Positions 59,855 through 64,000 of a stretch of 64,000 nt of DNA are shown in pieces. The DNA is from Clostridia bacterium (lineage in GTDB: Bacteria; Bacillota; Clostridia; JAAYHZ01), in the NCBI GenBank assembly GCA_050950825.1, contig JBMNIH010000002.1, positions 192,001 through 256,000 on the forward strand. The letters are read 5' to 3'. Numbering within the stretch: position 1 is the first letter of the stretch; each line of letters starts with the position of its first letter. The notes beneath the pieces are model-generated. The model saw only the letters and a list, made by a program, of their open reading frames with translations. It did no database searches and was not told where the DNA came from. The position numbers and the translations under genes are program-made.

Positions 59855-61054
59855 TCAGTCCACCAATACCGGATTAAAATCCTCGTGCCAAGGAAGACCC
59901 CATTTGTTCAAGGCATCCATGAACGGATCGGGATCAAACTCTTCCACGTTGTATACCCCGGGCTTCATCCATTTCCCTTGTATCATCAGCATAGCGCCGA
60001 TCATGGCCGGTACTCCGGTGGTATAGGATATGGCTTGGCTTTCCGTTTCTTTGTAGCTTTCTTGGTGGTCGCATACGTTGTATACGTAATAGGTTCTTTC
60101 CTTTCCGTCCTTAATCCCTTGGAAGATACAGCCGATATTGGTTTTTCCCTTTGTTCTCGGCCCCAAGGAGGCCGGATCCGGCAGCACCGCTTTCAAAAAC
60201 TGCAGGGGTACAATCTTCATACCGTTAAAATCGATGGGCTCTATGGAGGTCATACCCACATTTTGCAGGCATTTTAAATGGGTCAGGTAGCTTTGTCCGA
60301 AGGTCATAAAGAAGCGGATTCGCTTTAATCCTCTCACGTTCTTTACAAGGCTTTCCAGCTCTTCATGGTACAAAAGGTACATATCTTTTTCGCCGATTTG
60401 AGGAAAGTCGTACACCCGTTTGATTTCCATAGGCTCCGTTTCCACCCAACGACCGTTTTCCCAGTACCTGCCTTTGGACGTAACCTCGCGGATATTGATT
60501 TCCGGATTGAAATTGGTTGCAAAAGGATACCCGTGATCGCCGCCGTTGCAATCCAAAATGTCGATATAGTGGATTTCGTCGAAATAATGCTTTTGGGCAT
60601 AAGCGGTAAATACTCCGGTAACGCCGGGATCGAATCCGCAGCCTAACAAAGCCATAATTCCCGCTTTTTCGAATTTTTCTTTATACGCCCATTGCCATTT
60701 GTATTCGAACTTAGCCGTATCCTTCGGCTCGTAATTGGCCGTGTCCAAGTAATGGGTTTTCGTTGCAAGGCAAGCATCCATGATGGTCAGATCCTGGTAA
60801 GGAAGCGCCAAATTGATCACTACATCCGGCTTGAAGGATTCAATTAAAGGAATCAATTGATCCGTATAATCCGCATCCACTTGGGCCGTATGGATCTTTG
60901 TTTTACCGCCCTCCAATTTCGCCTTCAAAGCATCGCATTTGCTTTTGGTTCGGCTTGCAATCATAATTTCTTCAAATACGTCGCTGTTTTGGCAGCATTT
61001 GCGAATGGTAACGTTCGCAACGCCTCCGCATCCTATAATCAATGCCTTTCCCAT
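59855..61054 (-). CDS. Carboxy(nor)spermidine dehydrogenase (saccharopine dehydrogenase family)
   Basis: LALPYQDL, GCGFDPG, FATNFNPEINIRE, SYTTGVPA; adjacent to nspC. Confidence 0.9.
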   Translation of the reverse strand: MGKALIIGCGGVANVTIRKCCQNSDVFEEIMIASRTKSKCDALKAKLEGGKTKIHTAQVDADYTDQLIPLIESFKPDVVINLALPYQDLTIMDACLATKTHYLDTANYEPKDTAKFEYKWQWAYKEKFEKAGIMALLGCGFDPGVTGVFTAYAQKHYFDEIHYIDILDCNGGDHGYPFATNFNPEINIREVTSKGRYWENGRWVETEPMEIKRVYDFPQIGEKDMYLLYHEELESLVKNVRGLKRIRFFMTFGQSYLTHLKCLQNVGMTSIEPIDFNGMKIVPLQFLKAVLPDPASLGPRTKGKTNIGCIFQGIKDGKERTYYVYNVCDHQESYKETESQAISYTTGVPAMIGAMLMIQGKWMKPGVYNVEEFDPDPFMDALNKWGLPWHEDFNPVLVD

Positions 61055-61058
61055 AGTG

Positions 61059-61907
61059 TCAACCTCCGATTAATAATAGAATTTCTCTTAGCAGCTTACA
61101 CGCAACCGCCGTCGATACGCCGCTAGGGTCATAGTGGGGAGCCAATTCGCAAACGTCGGCTCCAACCATAACAAGGTCCTTCATTTTCAACAAGGCACCC
61201 AGCAATTCCTTAAATGTCACTCCGCCGGCCTCCGGGGTTCCCGTTCCCCCCAGTACGGAAGGATCCAAAACGTCAAGGTCCAAGGACAAGTAAACCGGCT
61301 TGCCGGACAATCGGGGCAAAAGCTCTTCCAACCCCGAAAAATCGAATTTTCGTATAAACAAGTGTTTTTCCGCAAACTCAAACTCATGCTTTTCTCCGCT
61401 TCGTATACCGAATTGGAAGATACGCTTGTCCCCCAAGATTTCCCACAGCCTTTTCATGACACAGGCATGGGAAAGCTTTTCTCCTAAGTAATGATCCCGA
61501 AGGTCCGTATGGGCATCCATATGGATGACGTGAAGGTCCGGATATTCGTCAACCAAAGCCCGTACGGTGCCTAAAGTAACCAAATGCTCCCCTCCTACCA
61601 TGACCGGTACCTTCTTGTCCTTTATAAGGCGGCGGCAGTAGTTTTCAATAACAGAAAGAGCATGCTCGGTATTTCCGAACGGAAGCTCCAAATCGCCGCC
61701 GTCATAAACTTCAATATCGCACAAGTCCTTGTCTTGGTAAGGAGAATAGGTTTCAATCCCATAGGACTCGCTCCGAACGGCGCTGCTGCCGAATCTTGCT
61801 CCGGGCCGATAGGAGACGGTTCCGTCAAAGGGAGCACCGAATAAAACAATGCTCGCATCCTTGTATTCCCTGTCGCATCCGATAAATGTTTGTATGTTTT
61901 TATTCAC
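61059..61907 (-). CDS. speB: Agmatinase
   Basis: GGEH, DAHTD, DLDVLDP, GTPEAGG. Confidence 0.92.
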   Translation of the reverse strand: MNKNIQTFIGCDREYKDASIVLFGAPFDGTVSYRPGARFGSSAVRSESYGIETYSPYQDKDLCDIEVYDGGDLELPFGNTEHALSVIENYCRRLIKDKKVPVMVGGEHLVTLGTVRALVDEYPDLHVIHMDAHTDLRDHYLGEKLSHACVMKRLWEILGDKRIFQFGIRSGEKHEFEFAEKHLFIRKFDFSGLEELLPRLSGKPVYLSLDLDVLDPSVLGGTGTPEAGGVTFKELLGALLKMKDLVMVGADVCELAPHYDPSGVSTAVACKLLREILLLIGG

Positions 61908-62751
61908 TTTCGCGCAGCATCTCCTCTACGTAAACCGGTAAGTAAAAAGCTCCTTTATGCAAATTGGTGCTGTAATACTTGGTCTTTATTCCCAAACGAT
62001 TCCATTCCTCCGCTCTCAAGTGAGCGACGGGATGATATTTTTTTGAAGCAAACCCGAACAACCAGTGTCCGGAAGGATAGGTCGGGATATGGGCTTGGTA
62101 GACACGGCTGATGGGAAAGGACTCCACAATCCTTTTGTGTGCTCTCTTCATGGCCATGGCATCCCCGTCGTAAAACGGACTTTCGTGCTGGTTCACCATA
62201 ATTCCGTCGGACTTTAAGGCTTTGTAGCAGTTACCGTAAAATTCTCTCGTGAACAGCCCTTCCCCCGGTCCGAAAGGATCCGTGGAATCTACGATTATAA
62301 GGTCGTAGGTATCCACGTATTTTCGAACAAATTTCAAGCCGTCTTGGTAGTAGATGCGAAGTCTGGGATCGTCAAACTTGCAAGCCGTCTTCGGTAAATA
62401 CTGCTTGCATACTTCCACGACCATTTCGTCGATTTCCACCATATCGATTTCCTTTATGGTGTCATAACGGGTCAGCTCTCTTATTACCCCGCCGTCTCCG
62501 GCGCCGATAACCAGCACTTTCTCCACATTCGGATGGACCGCCATGGGAACATGGGTAATCATTTCATGGTAAATGAATTCATCCTTTTCCGTCAGCATCA
62601 TATACCCGTCAAGAGTTAAAAAACGTCCGAACTCATAAGACTCAAAAACATCGATTCTTTGATACTCGCTTTCCCCGCTAAAAAGATGCTTGTTCACTTT
62701 AATTTGCAGCCTTACGTTTTTGGTATGATGTTCGCTAAACCATAAATCCAT
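61900..62751 (-). CDS. speE: Polyamine aminopropyltransferase (spermidine synthase family)
   Basis: YHEMITH, GAGDGG, IIVDSTDP, PTYPSG. Confidence 0.9.
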   Translation of the reverse strand: MDLWFSEHHTKNVRLQIKVNKHLFSGESEYQRIDVFESYEFGRFLTLDGYMMLTEKDEFIYHEMITHVPMAVHPNVEKVLVIGAGDGGVIRELTRYDTIKEIDMVEIDEMVVEVCKQYLPKTACKFDDPRLRIYYQDGLKFVRKYVDTYDLIIVDSTDPFGPGEGLFTREFYGNCYKALKSDGIMVNQHESPFYDGDAMAMKRAHKRIVESFPISRVYQAHIPTYPSGHWLFGFASKKYHPVAHLRAEEWNRLGIKTKYYSTNLHKGAFYLPVYVEEMLRESE

Positions 62752-62756
62752 TTTAT

Positions 62757-64000
62757 TTACAACTCTCCTTTTATAACCTTTACTTTTTCTACCTTCATAT
62801 CTTCCGGTCCCGTTAAGGTACAACCTTTTTCTTTGGAATACAGGATGCGGCGTATAATTTCTTCCGTAATCCTTTCGCCCGGTGCCAATATGGGGATTCC
62901 CGGAGGGTAGGCCATAACAAATTCACTGCAAACACGACCTGCACTTTTTTCAAGATCGATGCTTTCCGTTTCGGAGTAGAAAGCTTCTTGAGGGGTAGTG
63001 ACAACAATAGGGTTGATATACTCGTAAGTAATCATACCGGTTTTATCTTTTTTGTATCTTCTTCGGATTTCGCTGAGCGCACCGATCAATCGCTCGATAT
63101 TTTTCGGATTATCGCCGATGGTAACATATGCCAAAATGTTACCCAAATCTCCGAATTCGATTTGGATATCGTACTCGTCCCGCAAAATATCGTAAACCTC
63201 GATTCCCGCCAGACCGGTTTCCGTCGTATTAACGGAAAGCTTGGTAATGTCGAAATCGTATATGGAATCTTTGTTGATCAGTTCTTTTGAAAAAGCATAA
63301 TAATCGCCGATTTGGTTTATCTCTTGTCTTGCGTATTCCGTCATGGCTTTCACCGCTTCGATCTTCTCTTTGCCGTTTAAAACCATATTTCTTCTCGAAA
63401 GGTCCAAAGAAGACAGCAAAAGATAGGATCCGCTTGTGGTTTGGGTTAAATTTATTACCTGCCTTACGTAATTGGCGTTTACGTTTTTGCCGCACAACAG
63501 AAAGGAGCTTTGCGTCAGCGAGCTTCCCGACTTATGCATGCTGACGGAAGCCATGTCCGCTCCGGCCGCCATGGCGGTTACGGGAAGGTTTTCGCCGAAA
63601 TAAAAGTGGGTTCCGTGGGCTTCGTCCACCAAAACCTTCATTCCCTTTTTATGAGCCAATTCCGTAATTTTCTTAACATCGGAGCAAATACCGTAGTAAG
63701 TGGGATTATTCATCAGCACGGCTTTGGCATCCGGATTCTTTTCAATGGCCTCTTCTACATCCTTCACGGACATCCCTAAAGCAATTCCTAATGTCGGATG
63801 GATTCCGGGGTTTACGTATATCGGTACGGCGCCGCATAAAATGAGGGCGTTGATGACGCTTCGGTGAACGCTTCGATGAAGAATAATCTTGTCTCCCTTT
63901 TTTAATGTGGAAAGCAGCATGGCTTGCACGGCGGAGGTGGTGCCGTTCACCATAAAAAAGGCATGAGCGGCGGAAAAAGCGTCGGCGGCGAGCAGCTCCG
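62757..64000 (-). CDS. speA: Orn/Lys/Arg decarboxylase (probably arginine decarboxylase); 5' end outside the window
   Basis: VNGTT, DEAHG, SMHK PLP lysine, TTSGSY, YPPGIP; upstream of speE-speB. Confidence 0.85.
   Translation of the reverse strand, partial: ELLAADAFSAAHAFFMVNGTTSAVQAMLLSTLKKGDKIILHRSVHRSVINALILCGAVPIYVNPGIHPTLGIALGMSVKDVEEAIEKNPDAKAVLMNNPTYYGICSDVKKITELAHKKGMKVLVDEAHGTHFYFGENLPVTAMAAGADMASVSMHKSGSSLTQSSFLLCGKNVNANYVRQVINLTQTTSGSYLLLSSLDLSRRNMVLNGKEKIEAVKAMTEYARQEINQIGDYYAFSKELINKDSIYDFDITKLSVNTTETGLAGIEVYDILRDEYDIQIEFGDLGNILAYVTIGDNPKNIERLIGALSEIRRRYKKDKTGMITYEYINPIVVTTPQEAFYSETESIDLEKSAGRVCSEFVMAYPPGIPILAPGERITEEIIRRILYSKEKGCTLTGPEDMKVEKVKVIKGEL

Noticed and set aside
1-64000. 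Many 60-200 aa ORFs overlapping the main genes, and any CRISPR array, rRNA or phage genes
   Set aside because: The short ORFs are antisense or alternate-frame shadows without recognisable motifs; no repeat-spacer array, rRNA or phage hallmark gene was seen

Overview
Chromosomal segment from a spore-forming Firmicute, probably a Clostridia-class anaerobe (cwlJ/gerQ-like pair, spmAB, clostridial-type IS elements). It carries housekeeping genes (purF-like, guaA, recD2, comF, ssb, citrate synthase, five tRNAs, a polyamine operon) and several cytoplasmic carbohydrate-active genes. Four things stand out. (1) An 8-gene Tad/Flp pilus operon (7494-13974) led by a Hanks-type Ser/Thr kinase fused to a MinD/ParA (TadZ/CpaE)-like domain that has lost its P-loop. 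(2) A 5.2-kb nested element (37621-42827): an IS1634-family element with an exact 184-bp target duplication, interrupted by an IS21 and an IS3 element that each lack one end yet are flanked by short host duplications. An IS110 fragment lacking both ends sits at 421-1425. (3) PurF and GuaA both appear to have lost their glutaminase catalytic residues, suggesting direct ammonia use. (4) A GH29 fucosidase directly upstream of two URO-D/MtaA-fold genes. An intact ISLre2-family element (46225-48000) is also present. No CRISPR array, rRNA or prophage was seen. All family calls come from motif recognition by eye, not database searches.
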